From Lytechinus pictus (taxonomy: Eukaryota): 64,000 nt of DNA. The stretch is from contig NC_087245.1 in assembly GCF_037042905.1 (NCBI RefSeq), positions 17,858,001 to 17,922,000 of the forward strand, written 5' to 3'. This document shows positions 49,061 to 61,825 of this stretch, one piece after another. Within the stretch, counting starts at the first letter, position 1. The number at the start of each line of letters is the position of its first letter. The translations under genes were made by a program, and so were the position numbers. Below the pieces are notes generated by a model, which saw nothing but the letters and a program-made list of their open reading frames with translations, searched no databases and was not told the DNA's origin.

Positions 49061-50134
49061 CCCTCGGGTGGTATATCTTTTTTTCCTGGACTTACAGCCT
49101 TCTCATGTCAAATCGCTCTACCAATATTCACATTAAAGCACACTTTGTATCCCAAGTATTAATTTCATTAAAGGGGAAGTTCACCCTGGCATAAAGTTTA
49201 ATGTAAAAGCAGCAGAAGAAATAATTAAAAAAACATTGGTGAATGTTTGAGGAAATCCATCAGAGATTTAAAAAAAGGTTATTGGAATTTTATTTTTTGA
49301 TGGTGACTTCATATGCTAGCAGCTTTCCCATATCGCGTGACAAAAAAACAAATGAAATGTCATTTTCTTTAAAAGTCCCATATATCGCGTAACAAAAAAC
49401 AAATGAAATGTCATTTTCTTTAAAAGAAATGAAAATGTTTTTTATACCGTCAGTATTTCAACAGACAAATCAATTAACATCCGCTCCTGAAAGACCGTTA
49501 CGACAGAAACTAGTTTAGGAACCTATAGCATCTACTTAAACTATACAGCTGCAACGAGTTATTGCTATAAAATACTGAACCATAATGGCTATAATTCCAT
49601 CAATAACATAATAAAATTATACTTGTAATATCAATATCTATTCGGATCCATAATGATATGAAAATAAAGCAAATTAGTTTTATTACAGAATGTTTTCTTA
49701 TTTTTCTGTTATCAATGATCATGCACACCTTTTTAAAAATGGCACTCTTCACACTGGCGCGCAACTTGTTAAGGCGGGAAAATGTCATGAATGCATCGTG
49801 CAAGACGGTGATTCGATGTATTCCCGATCTTGTCTATTAGTGCATGGGTTCATGGTTGCGCATATTGGTCGCTGCATGGGCATGCATGTGACGCGCTGTT
49901 TTACTTACGAACTGGCCAAGACAATTCCGTTCATCGCTAAATAATTGAAGTCATTTTGGCAAGAAAATATTTGAGAGTAATCATATCAACTGAAAAAGTA
50001 TAGATCTAAAATTATGAGAAAAAAAAACAACACAAATGATATGTAATCAGCATATAGCCTATTTCGTCGACAAGAGTCCGTTCAAGGTCAATAAAATTGT
50101 ATGACTAATTTTGCGGATCTCTCTATGTCGTCGT

Positions 50135-50752
50135 TACCTCTGCCATTTTTACCTGTGTCATTTTTACCCCTGCCATGTTTACCTCTCTCATTTTTACCTC
50201 TGTCATTTTCACCTCTGCCATTTTACCTCTGCCATATTTACCTCTGCCATTTTTACCTCTGCCATTTTTACCTCTGCCATTATTACCTCTGCCATTTTTA
50301 CCTCTGCCATTTTTACCTCTGCCATTTTTACCTCTGCCGTTATTACCTCTGCCATTTTTACCTCTGCAGTTATTACCTGTGCCATTTTTACCTCTGCCGT
50401 TATTACCTCTGCCATTTTTACCTCTGCCATTATTACCTGTGCCATTTTTACCTCTGCCGTTATTACCTCTGCCGTAAATACCTCTGCCATTTTTACCTCT
50501 GCCATTTTTACCTATGCCATTATTACCTCTGCCATTTTTACCTCTGCCATTTTACCTCTGCCGTTATTACCTCTGCCGTTATTACCTGTGCCATTTTTAC
50601 CTCTGCCGTTATTACCTCTGCCATTTTTACCTCTGCCATTATTACCTCTGCCGTTAATACCTCTGCCATTTTTACCTCTGCCGTTATTACCTCTGTCATT
50701 TTTACCTCTGCCGTTATTACCTCTGCCATTTTTACCTCTGCCATTTTTACCT
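50135..50752. repeat. 15-bp minisatellite TTTTTACCTCTGCCA, about 40 units
   Basis: Visible directly, with TTATT and GCCG variants. Confidence 0.97.
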
Positions 50753-51183
50753 GGCACCAGGACATCAGAACCCCCACCCCGGTCTTTTGATAAAAACTAT
50801 TTTTATTCTTTTTTTATTATTATTATTTTAAATTCCAAAAACTCAACCCGAAATGGGTGGTGGACCGTTCGGCCGGTTACAGCCCGATAGACCGCGGGTC
50901 CGATAGACCGCGGGTCCGATAGTCCGCGGGTCCGATAGACCGCGGGTCCGATAGACCGCGGGTCCGATAGTCCGCGGTGTGTGTAAAATTATGATCAGGA
51001 TATAGTGAGATCCAATGCCATCAAGAGGTCAAAAGGCCAATGATACGAGTCCATGGGGTTCTATAACGATGACCCAAAGGACAATCGCCCCCTGACATCT
51101 ACTTCAAGGAAAATATTATCCCCATATTTTTATCGTCAGGGACTGTTACCCCCCCCCCGGAAATTTACCCTCTAGACGCCATA

Positions 51184-51886
51184 CGGAGCCTCTAAAATGC
51201 CATCGACTTGACGACATGGCGAGATACTTTATCTTGCCATGTCGACTAAATAAGCTTATTATGTCCGCATGGCGCGATACGTTATCCTGCCACTTATAAA
51301 AAGTTATATGTCAACATGGCGAGATATTTTATCTTGCCAAGTCGACTTAAATAAGTTACATGTCAACATAGCGATATATCGGGATTCTTGCCGGGACTAA
51401 TACACTTCATATCTCGCCATGTGGACATATCGACTTGACAAGATAGAATATATATATCGCTATGTCGAAATAATAAGCGTATTAATTACTTAGGCGGCGG
51501 AAGCGGGGGGGGGGGACTTTTCCCCCCTAAATTTGAGGTGGGGGACGGTCCCCCCTAGATTTTTAGTTGGGAACCTTTTTTTTGCTTGTCAATTTGTTTT
51601 CTACGTCCCCCCCCCCCTAAATTGAGGTGGACCCCCCAAAAAAAATATTTTTGTCACCCCCCCCCTAATTTTGGTTGATAACCTTATTTTTCTTGTCAAA
51701 AACATTTGGTGGTCCTTCTTATAGATTTTAGTTGACTTGCTTGTCAAATTTTTTACCTGTGTCCATCCCAAAATTTCAGGTGGACCCCCTAAATTTTTTT
51801 GCCTTCCGCCGCCAATGATTAATTAAGACATGGCAAGATAAAGTACCACGCCATGTCTTCACGTTGATGGCATTTTCAAGGCTCCG
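51184..51886. mobile_element. TA-flanked MITE with internal GACATGGCGAGATA repeats
   Basis: TA|CGGAGCC..AAAATGCCATC / GATGGCATTTT..GGCTCCG|TA. Confidence 0.75.
51489..51817. mobile_element. hAT-like MITE
   Basis: CTTAGGCGGCGGAAG / CTTCCGCCGCCAATG; perfect 8-bp TSD ATTAATTA. Confidence 0.85.
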
Positions 51887-52703
51887 TACTAGGGGTAATT
51901 ATCCGGGGTAATTGTCTGGAGGGTAAATTTCCGGGGGGGGGTATCAGTCCCCGGCGGTAAAAATATGGGGATAATATTTTCCTTGAAGTAGTTGTCAGGG
52001 CGTGATTGCCCTAATTGGGTTATTGTTATAGAACCCAGGCGCGGATCCAGGATTTCGTGGGAAAGGGGGGGGGGGGCCAAATTTGACCTGATTTTTGGCG
52101 CCCATATGTGTACTTTTCGAAAAATAGCGCCCACTCCCTCCCGGCAAGGCTAACTTAAGTGCCTTAAATGGATTTTGAATTATCTTATAATCACAATAAA
52201 AAAAAATAAAGACCACCTTTTTCATGTGTTCTTGAAAAAAAATCCATAAATATATAATGTAATATCAATGGGAGCGCGAAGCACGAGTGATTTTTTTTTT
52301 TGGGGGGGGGGCTCAATTTGGTTTAACTTCTAACCAGAGTAGGCCCTACTAGAATATTGTGTGAACGGGAGCTGTAGTTTCTGTACTGTTGTGTTAGAAT
52401 ACCCTTCAATAATATTAATGATAACCTCTTGGGAATAATGCAATCTCGAAGCAATCGACTAATTCTCCTCATCAGTGGCGTATTTATTCAGCATGGGTGC
52501 ACGGAGGGGGAGGGGGGGTGGCGAGGGCACCAAGTTAAAAAAAAATAAATGAAATGGGGGGGGGTAGACGTCAAAGAAAATCTGAGATTTCATTCTTAAA
52601 AACAAATTGAGGTATGTCACAAGGCCTAAATAAATAATGAGAACGCGAACCGCGATCTTTTTTTTTATAGATTTTTCATGTATTATATCCTGAAAGCGTA
52701 AGT

Positions 52704-54766
52704 CAGGGGCGGACCCAGCTTCCGCCAATAGGGTGAGGGGCCATTTTTTCACCCATATTTTCCCCGATCGGCCGCTCAAAGTTGATTTTTTTTTTTTTGT
52801 TTCTTTGAAGGGGTTGTCCCAGTGCCGTAATGAGCCAACAATTTCGAGGGGGCTCGATATGGTGTATCGCATAGAATTAATAAGAAGTTGCCAGTGAGCG
52901 AAGCGAGCAAGCAAATATCCTGACATTTTTATTACAAAAATACAAGGTTATGATAGATTTTGACATAATATTTGGAAAATAATATTATATTTCATCCTAA
53001 TCCCTTTCCTTTTCTCTCTATTTTTTCTTAGTCTTGATTCTCTCTATTTTTTTAATAGTCATTTCCTAGCTTTACTTTATAAGCAACATAAATGTGTAAT
53101 AATCTCTTAAGCCCTATGTAATCTAAAAATGAAATTTCATGTATTTTGTCCTGAAAATTGAACATTTTGGGCAATGTTTGTGAACCTGAACAGGACGCGT
53201 ATGTAACTGGATAATTACCACGAGCGCGAAGCGCGAGCAGAAATGTTAAATATTCGTTCTGGCCTGGTCGAAAAGGGACCAGTTAAGGATGTTTTGCAGT
53301 TAGCCATTAAGACGATACACATTTCAACGATTAAATAATGCGAGCGCGAAGCGCGAGCTGAACATTTTTGATATTCCAACCTAAAAAGATGAAATTTCAA
53401 ATCCCCCAATGGGACATTCGATTCATGTTTGTCAATCATGAAAAAGGATAGGTAATTATCTTCCTACAATAATAATGCGAGCGCAAAGCGCGAGCAGAAC
53501 ATTTTTGATATTCTGATTCGAAACTGGATAATTTAAGCACGTTTTGAATAAGATCAAGCTTTGTATCTCAAAAAACATGCGTGCGCGTGTTTGAGAGTTA
53601 GGCAGAATCCTGGCTATCTGAATACATTTCATTCTTCATCTTAAAAATCAATAATGCGAGCGCAGAGCCCGAGCTGAAAATAATATTTGAAATTCCGATA
53701 TGAAAAGGGTCAATTTAAGCACTGTTTACAGCACTGTGTATATAAGGAAATTTGATAGCACTATATAAATAATGCGAGCGCGAAGCGCGAGCTGATATTT
53801 TATTATTTATTTGACCTAGAGATCGAGACATTTTAGGCCTAAGGACATTTTGTCATGATATAAGAATGATGACTATCTTCTATTTCTTTCCTAAAACTTG
53901 TTGATATTTATTTCTGAAAAAGGGGCAATTTAGTTATTATGAATTCATACAAATTTTATTTCATATTTATTAATCTGTTAAGCCTAATGAATGTGTGAAA
54001 TTTGTTGACAGTGCATGAGGCCTGAAAACTGGATATTTTAAGTATTTTTGTAATCATGAATAGGATTCATTGGTTGATATATTTTTAGCAAATAATGCGA
54101 GCGCAAATTGCGATCCGGAATTTTTTAATGGGGGGATTTAAGTAGTTTGTTATAGAATTAATATATAGGTATACATAACTCACCAATCAAAATGCGAGCG
54201 CACAGCGCTAGCTCATAGGCCTTTATTATTTTTTTTACAATCGAGACACCTGAAAAGGTATATTTAGAGAATCTTATATGAAATATAAAAAGACAATAGG
54301 TAGGCCTACTTGGCAAATAGTGCGAGCGCACAAAATGTTGCAAATGTTGATTCAAACCATAAAACGGACATTTTCCAGAGCACTTAAAAACATGAATTGG
54401 TAAATAAAACAAAATAATGAAAGATCGATGTCCGAGCTGAATTTTTTTTTGTATATTGATATCAAAACTTGATATTTTAAACTACATATCAGCCTATTGA
54501 GCAAGATATGTATCTCATTGAACAGGCAATGCGAGCGCGATGCGCGAGCGAAATTTTAATATAGTGACATTAAATATTTTTAAAAATTGTTTTCCAAGTC
54601 TTCTCCTGACCTTATTTTATTCACTCGTCTTCCTCCTTTTATGTTTTGTCTTCTTTTTTCTCCTTTCTTTCCCACCTTTTTTTCTTTCCCCGTTTTTCAC
54701 AATTTATTTGCTCTGTCAATAGGGGGGGGGGGGAGGTTGCCCTCGGGCCGCCTCAATCCGCCTATG
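52704..54766 (+). mobile_element. Third GCGAGCGCGAAGCGCGAGC-family copy
   Basis: CAGGGGCGGACCC ... ATCCGCCTATG, collinear with the 46716 copy; no clear TSD. Confidence 0.7.
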
Positions 54767-55704
54767 TTAGTAGTTGTTATGATGAACACGATGCATATCT
54801 ATTAAGAAATGAATGCGACCGCGAAGCACTAGCTGAAAACTTTTATAATGATGAAATGAAAAATACATTTTCAGTTGTCAGGTTAGAATATCAAATATTT
54901 TCAGCTTGTGCTTCTCGTTCGCATAAAAAACTGTAAGGTCGGGATGCGTATATAACTAAACAATTTATTGATGCCAGCGCGAAGCGCGAGCTCAATTTTT
55001 TATATACTGACTTAAGAAGGACTAAGGTATAATTCCTATTCTAATTGCTTGTCCTTTTTCTCTTCCTTTTTTCTGTTTCTTACCCCTTTTTTGCGCCACC
55101 ATGGGGGGGGGGGGGCAAAATCTTTGCCCCCTGGATCGGCCTATGTATGTTGACTTGAAAAACACTAACACTTACATGTGGGATTGAAGCAGAGGATGAA
55201 TACCTCATTAATCAAATATTGCGAGCGCGTAGCGCGAGCCGAATTTGATAATTACCTTTTTTTGTGACCCTGAACAGTGTATCTATCTCGCTAAACAGAC
55301 TTAAAACTCGAAAACATTGTTTTTTTCTGTTATCGTAAAAACGGGATATTTTAATTCAGCCGTATTAATTTAAGTTTTTTGGGCAGGACATATATTTCAC
55401 TATAAACAGGCAATACGAGCAATGTTGCACCCCCGGTCGAAAATGAATTTGCATGAAGCCCCCTAAGTTCAAGGTCAATTTGGCGCCCTCGGTTGAACAT
55501 AAACTTGGCGCCCCCATGTGAAATATAACTTTGTCCTCCCTCCCCCTCTCTGAAACATGTATTTGACGCATTATGGTCAAAATTCAAATTAGCGCTCTCC
55601 AAGTTCGAACATCAATTTGGTGCCCCGCTAGATCGAACAGCAATTCGGCGCCCCATAGTTCGAACGTCATTTTGGCGCCATCAAATCGACGTCCGGGTCA
55701 ACAT

Positions 55705-56525
55705 CTCCCTCTTCCGTTTCCCATCTCCTTTTCTTTCTTTTTTCTTTCTCTTATCCTCATTCCCCTTCCTTCCTTTCTCTTTCTTTCTCTCTTTCTTTCC
55801 CCCTCTTCTTTTCCCCCTTTTCTTCTCTTTCCCCCCATCTTTTCTTTCCCCCTTTTCTTCTCTTTTTCTGTCTTTTCTTTCCCTCTTTTCCTCTCTCTTT
55901 TCTCGTTTTTCCTCTCTTCCCCCTTTACTCTCTCTTTTTTCTTCCTCTCTCTCTCTCTTTTCTTATCTTTCTTCCCATCTTCCTCTCTCTTTAAATATTA
56001 TTCTCTTTCTTCCTCTTTTTTTCTTCTTCTTTTCCCCCTTTTCCTTCTTTTCTTTCTTTTCCCTCTTCTACTTTTTTCTCTTTCCCCCTTTACTTCTCCC
56101 TTTTTCTTTTTCTTTCCTTTCCCTCTTTTTTCTCTTTTAATCTTTTTTCTTCTCTCCCTCCCCTTCCTCCCTCTCTCTCTCTTTCTTCTCTTCTTTTCCC
56201 CTCTTCCTCTCTCTCTCTTTTTTCTTATCTTTCTTCCCATCTTCCTCTCTATTTAAATATTCTTCTCTTCCTTCCTCTTTTTTTTCTTCTTTTTCCTCCT
56301 TTTCCTTACTCCTTTCTTTTCTTCTTTTCCTTTTCCCTCCTCTTTTTTTTACTCTTCTTTGCCCTTTTCTTCTCCATTTTTTTCTTTGTCTTTCCTTTCC
56401 CCTTTTTCTTCTCTTTTTTTTCTTCTCTTCCTTTCTCCTTCTTACTCTCTTTTCTATTCTCTTCTTTTCCCATCTTCCTCTTTTTTTATTCTCTCCCCTT
56501 TCCCCTCTTCCCCCCTCTTTTTTGA
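55705..56525. repeat. ~820-bp polypyrimidine/polypurine low-complexity tract
   Basis: Almost only C/T on the plus strand; internal duplication around TTTAAATATT (~55990 and ~56252). Confidence 0.95.
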
Positions 56526-57875
56526 GCTGGGGGTGGGGGGGTGAGGCAGTTCCCCCTCGGCCCCCCATGGATCCGCACCTGACAGAACCCCATGGCCTCG
56601 TATCATTTGACCTTTGGACCTCTCGATGACATTTGATATATCTGATCATAATTTTACACACAATGCGGACTATCGGACCCGCGGTCTATCGGACCCGCGG
56701 ACTATCGGACCTGCGGTCTATCGGACCCGCGGTCTAACGGACCCGCGGTCTATCGGACCCGCGGTCTATCGGGATGTCCCCGTTCGGCCTGTCACTTCCT
56801 TGCCTCAAATAATCTTTCTCCTATCTCCAGACTCCAGCCCTGGAATTGAATAATTACGTTGATCGCATTTCCCGTTTTTTTTATAACCCCCCCCCCCTCG
56901 ATCGATCTCTCTCTCACACACACACAAAACGCACACTGTCTATCTATCTATCATCTATCTATCTGTTCCTCATTCCCCTCACTCAACCACTTCTTTTAAT
57001 ACACTCCTCATTCATATCTTTCCCTTTCTTTATCCCTCTTTTTTTTTTCCTCCAATTTTTCCCTTCTCTCCTTCAACTCATATACAAACCCACAGCATGT
57101 TCTTCGTTCAGCCATGATTCAGCCGTGGCGTCAATATCGGCGGTCTATGTATGGCTGAAACAACATCAGTGACGAGAAATTAAACATTAATCATTGCTCT
57201 TTATGAATGTCCTCGTATGTCACTATGTCAATGGAATGTACAACCTGAGATTGGATAAATCGTAAAAAAAATGAATTCAGATTACACATAGGCCTATTAT
57301 TGTTCTTGGGTTTAGGATTAAGGAGGTCAAAAGGAAGTGAGATATTTCATGTCTCGTTCTTTTTTCTCTCTCTATCTCTAAATTCACGACGTTTCCTTTT
57401 TATTTTCCATATGATTAGTTTGCTTGTTCTTTCTTTTGTTATTTGTGTTATAGGTTGGAGAACAAAATGGGCTGATATATTCCAAAATTCATAACTTACA
57501 TTGACATTGCATTCTCAGGGATTATTTGTTTACTTCTGTGAAATCTTGTTTACTTTTACTACGATTGCATCGATGAATATATACGAGCTTAAGGTTACAC
57601 CTACTATAACTATATTCGATAGTCGTTACATCGTGACTTTCCCTTTTTTATCAAGGCCAAAATTACTACATCAGTATATTTGGGGAAAAAGAGAAAAACA
57701 AACAAACAAACATAAAAACAAATTTTATCGAAATTGGATGTAAATAGAAAAATATGGCATTTTCAATTTTTGCTTATTTCCCCAAACCCCTTTATAATAC
57801 ATTATTGTGTACATCGTGAGATGTTGTGCAAAAGAGGTAACAACTAATGTCACTCTTTATTTTTGTTTAATATTC

Positions 57876-58120
57876 GGACTTTGAAACAGAGGGTCGTGGG
57901 TTCGAATCCCAGCCATGGCGTAATTTCCTTCGGCAAGAAACTGATCCACAATGTGCTGCACTCAACCCAGGTGAGGTAAATGGGTACCGGTAGGAAGTAA
58001 TTCCTTAAAAAGCTGTGTGCGCTATGAACGCCTAGCTTAGCCGGGTAATATAGGAGCGCCTTGAGCACCTAACAAGGTGGATATGTGCGCAATATAAATA
58101 CCCTATATTATTATTATTAT
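57876..58120 (+). mobile_element. tRNA-derived SINE, 5'-truncated
   Basis: B box GGTTCGAATCC at ~57899, conserved core, (TAT)n tail; no A box visible. Confidence 0.85.
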
Positions 58121-58780
58121 CAATATTGTAATAAATACGTGTACTCTATAAGTTATTTCAATTTTCTAACCTTTGGTGCACATGCAGGAACTCTTCAATC
58201 TTTCACAACAAAAATAGGGCCCAATAATGCTTTTTAAAAAGAAGTATTTCATTATTGTTTAATGAAGTATTTGCTATTTCAAATAAAATTGAATATTTTT
58301 TAGCGAGTGTATGACTTGACAGGTTCATCCATTTGCATAAACCGCCGATGATCAGGGGACCGTTTAATAAAACTTACAATAACAAAATTTGAAATAACAG
58401 TTTAAAGTTTAAACTATTAAAATCGTTTGATTTGATTGGCTGATCGTTAAGTTGTTATAGAAATTGTGAAATTATCATTAAATGATACCCAGATGGTGTG
58501 CATTTCTATATATCACCTGATCTCCGTCGTCCGATGAATGCGATCTAATCTTTGATTATGATTTGGTGGCAAATAGGTAGGTTGAAAAAGAGTAATAAAC
58601 CCACATCTCGCACTTCAAGGAAGTTTAATAAATTAAATATAATTCATCACGTTCATCGTGTCATTTTCCATTCATTTTGTTCATTAACTAATGATGATGG
58701 TATCATTATCCAGCGTTATACAAGCTTTATGGCGACATCCTTGCTTCTGTAAGATGTTAATGTTTTAATCTAATCATTAA

Positions 58781-59009
58781 CAATGTACTTATGTGGTAAA
58801 CCTTCTTCGTGGACTTATCGATTTGGCTTTGCATTGAAATTGTAAGCTAATAGAAATTAACAATGATTCGATCATTATTCTTATAGGACCATTAGCAATG
58901 TACTTATGTGGTAAACCTTCTTCGTGGACTTATCGATTTGGCTTTGCATTGAAATTGTAAGCTAATAGAAGTCAACAATAATTCGATCATTATTCTTATA
59001 GGACCATTA
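58781..59009. repeat. Tandem duplication, 2 x 115 bp
   Basis: CAATGTACTTATGTGG at 58781 and 58896, near-identical copies. Confidence 0.93.
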
Positions 59010-59381
59010 ATGTAACTATCATTGTCTGTGACACTTAAAGGTCATGAAGTGACTGATTGAAAGGGGCCGGGCATCCGTTTCACAGTCATACTTGGGCAGC
59101 TACGGAGAGGGGGGGGGTTCCATCTTCTAATTTTAAATATGGTACAGCATTCTAAAGGAGAGTTTCTACTCCTGTGCATGATCCAACCAATAAACGCGAC
59201 GATGCATTATGCCACACGCAACTGGAGTTTTTCAAAAAAGAAGCTCAAAATGACGCTAACTTGGTTTAAATAAAAGCATAAAAAATGTTGTGTGATACAA
59301 ATTCCAACAATGTAATTTTCCTTTTTTTTTTTATAAATATAAGAAAATATAAGAAAAATGCATTATCATGTTCAGTTTTAA

Positions 59382-60965
59382 AACGACTGGAGCGCCTTTG
59401 GCATTCTCGCCTGCATTTGTGATATCAGCAGTGCTGACTTTGAAAACAAGATAGTCAAAGTTCACTGACTCTAAATGACCTTTGAGCTCGATCATATGAA
59501 TTAAAACTCACGCAAAACGATCAATTGATTAACCTTAATATGTCCAAGTTTCAGAAACTAAACTCCTCAAAAAAAAGTTTGGAAATCTGACTTTGATCGA
59601 TAATCCCTCTTCGGTTTTAGTAAATATCAATGTGTAATTAAATTAATGAATAGAGCATTTAGTTCTCTTTAAGATGATACCCTACATGATATGATTACGG
59701 TTCACATGGAGGTGCAGTGCCTTGAAATGTGGGGCAAGGTCAAAATTCAAAAGCTGCAAAATGGCACAATATTGAAAGTCACTGTTCTTTTTTCCGTGGT
59801 GATGAGTGAGTTTCTCAGCGGTTTTGTTTTTACTTTGACCGATAATTCCTCATCGGTTTTAGTAAATATCAATGTGTAATTAATATCAATGAATAGACCA
59901 TTTGATTTTCTTTAAAATTATACCCTATATGATATGATTATCATTTATATGGAGGTGCAGTGCCTTGAAATGTGGGGCAAGGTCAAAATTCAAAAGTTGC
60001 AAAATGACGCAATATTGAAAGTCACTGTTCTTTTTTCCGTGGTGATGAGTGAGTTTTTCAGTAATTTCTTTTAATTGTTTTCATGCACCTTAACATCAAC
60101 ATTAACATGGAATCAAACACACCTCTGCACAAGCAAAAACATAACAAACAAACATGCATGGGTATTTCAAACAACGACACAAACCATGTTATCTCACAGA
60201 ACCATCACTACAGAAGCAGGGGCTTGATTTGATTTGATTTTCATCTCTACTGACACAGACAAAAGAACCATGTTCTGTATTGAGCCTTCATGACTATTTC
60301 TGCTCGTTTTGCAGCTTTTCGATTCAGACCTCATCCAACATTCTTGAATCTTGCTCTTTTCGTGATGGCATGATCATAACAATCATGGTATCATCTTAAA
60401 GAAAATTAAATGACCTTTCGAATGATATCAAATATGCATTGTGCAATATTGGGAGTTGGGAGAAAGGAATGGTCAAACTCAGATTTCCAAACCCTTTTTG
60501 CTCGTTTTGCAGCTTTTCAATTCAGACCTCATCCAACACATTTGAATCCTGCTCTTTTCGTGATGACATGATCATAACAAGCATGGTATCATTTTAAAGA
60601 GCATTAAATTATCTTTCGAATGATGTAAAATATGCATTGTTTAAAATTGGGAGTAGGGAGAAATTAATGGCCAAACACAGATTTCCAAACTTTTTTGAGA
60701 GGTTTATATCCATATACTTATGACAATTCAGAAAATACCCCAAACATGGTCAAAGTTCATTGACCCTAAATGACCTTTGATCTTAATCATGTGACTTAAA
60801 ACTCATGCAAAACTAGTATCAGTGATACTTGATTACCATTATGTCCAAGTTTCATTAACTAGGTCCATATTTCTAAGTTATGATGACATTTCAAAAACTT
60901 AACTTGGTTAATTAAGACTTTGATGTAATTCACAAAATATGGTCAAAGTTCAATGAATCTAAATG
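59382..60965 (-). mobile_element. Degenerate HINE of the 2337 family, interrupted by a TA-flanked element
   Basis: GCCTTTGGCATTCTCGCCTGC terminus and AAAGTTCATTGACCCTAAATGACCTTTGA units. Confidence 0.6.
59561..60704. mobile_element. Tc1-like non-autonomous element with long, internally duplicated arms
   Basis: TA|AACTCCTCAAAAAAAAGTTTGGAAATCTG ... CAGATTTCCAAACTTTTTTGAGAGGTT|TA. Confidence 0.7.
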
Positions 60966-61825
60966 AAGTTCTCTGTAAACTGCTTATATTAACAAAATGC
61001 ACCGACACTTGTGCTTCGATCGCTCGCTTGCTGTGAAATTTGAAATACTGTAAAAGTTTCTCTGAAGTAAAACATCAAAGGTATTGACTTCCTAATGGCC
61101 TAGTTTGTTTAGTGACCCTTTTACAGTGAGACAGCTTCCCAACCGATGTGCTTTGAGAGAACATTATCAATCATCGAGTTACGTTTCTTGATCCTGTAAT
61201 AAAACGCTTGGAGGGTTTAGGCAAGGAGGAATCGCCTTATAAAGTGTTATCTCCTTGGTTTATATTGGTAAAAAACAACATTTAGAAGGTCTATTGCTGT
61301 TTCACTTGTTGATGTCGCTAACTAACTATACGGTGGCACTTTACTGTAAGCGAATTAGCGGTTATTGTAGTTTAATGTCATTTTTTTTTTACAATTAATA
61401 GCATCAAATTATTTAACAAAATTATTCTTCAATATAGAATATTAATGACTAATTAATAAGATTATTCTATTGAAGTACCAAACAAATATTTTGAGCTCCC
61501 CTGGTGGTATTTAAACTAGTATAATGAATTCACAAGATTATAGATCATTGACTCACATAATGATTCATTGATCGATAAATCATGAAATCATGCCATTGGT
61601 ATAAGAACATGAGAGCAACTATACGCCCGCACGTACCACGGGAAGGGGGTGGGCATTTATTCACGCGGTAGGACGCAACGAATATATTTCAGTTTGTCAA
61701 CTGTTTGCAACAAGCAACTCTCAATTAATTTAATAAATCGTCTTACTTTTGACAGAAGTTTTATTCCCTTTTCTGGTGGATTTCTTTTTTATTTGCTGCC
61801 ATAAAACGGATAAGTGATATCTACG

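Larger units (their letters stand above)
46397..50758. mobile_element. Foldback (TU-like) element with 15-bp tandem-repeat arms
   Basis: Degenerate AAAATGGCAGAGGTA units at ~46408-46500 inverted to the array at 50135-50752; flanks GGGACAAC/AGGACATC (6/8). Confidence 0.55.
52036..56581. mobile_element. hAT-like composite element inserted in the right inner arm of the foldback
   Basis: CAGGCGCGGATCCA / TGGATCCGCACCTG; TSD ATAGAACC/ACAGAACC. Confidence 0.8.
50875..56781. mobile_element. Foldback (TU-like) element with 16-bp tandem-repeat outer arms and unique inner arms
   Basis: About 6 units of CCGATAGACCGCGGGT at the left, inverted at the right; TSD GTTCGGCC (50867-50874, 56782-56789). Confidence 0.88.

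Noticed and set aside
50101..50890. 229-259 aa repetitive ORFs (FTSAI/HFYLC/LPLPF)
   Set aside because: Stop-free frames of a 15-bp minisatellite, open in several frames and on both strands.
50883..50975. Regular 16-bp repeats as a CRISPR array
   Set aside because: No unique spacers, eukaryotic context, and an inverted partner array with a TSD shows they are transposon arms.
55573..56661. F/L/S-rich and K/R/E-rich ORFs
   Set aside because: Artefacts of the polypyrimidine tract.
57876..57925. tRNA gene
   Set aside because: Only the 3' half with the B box is present and it runs into a SINE core and tail.
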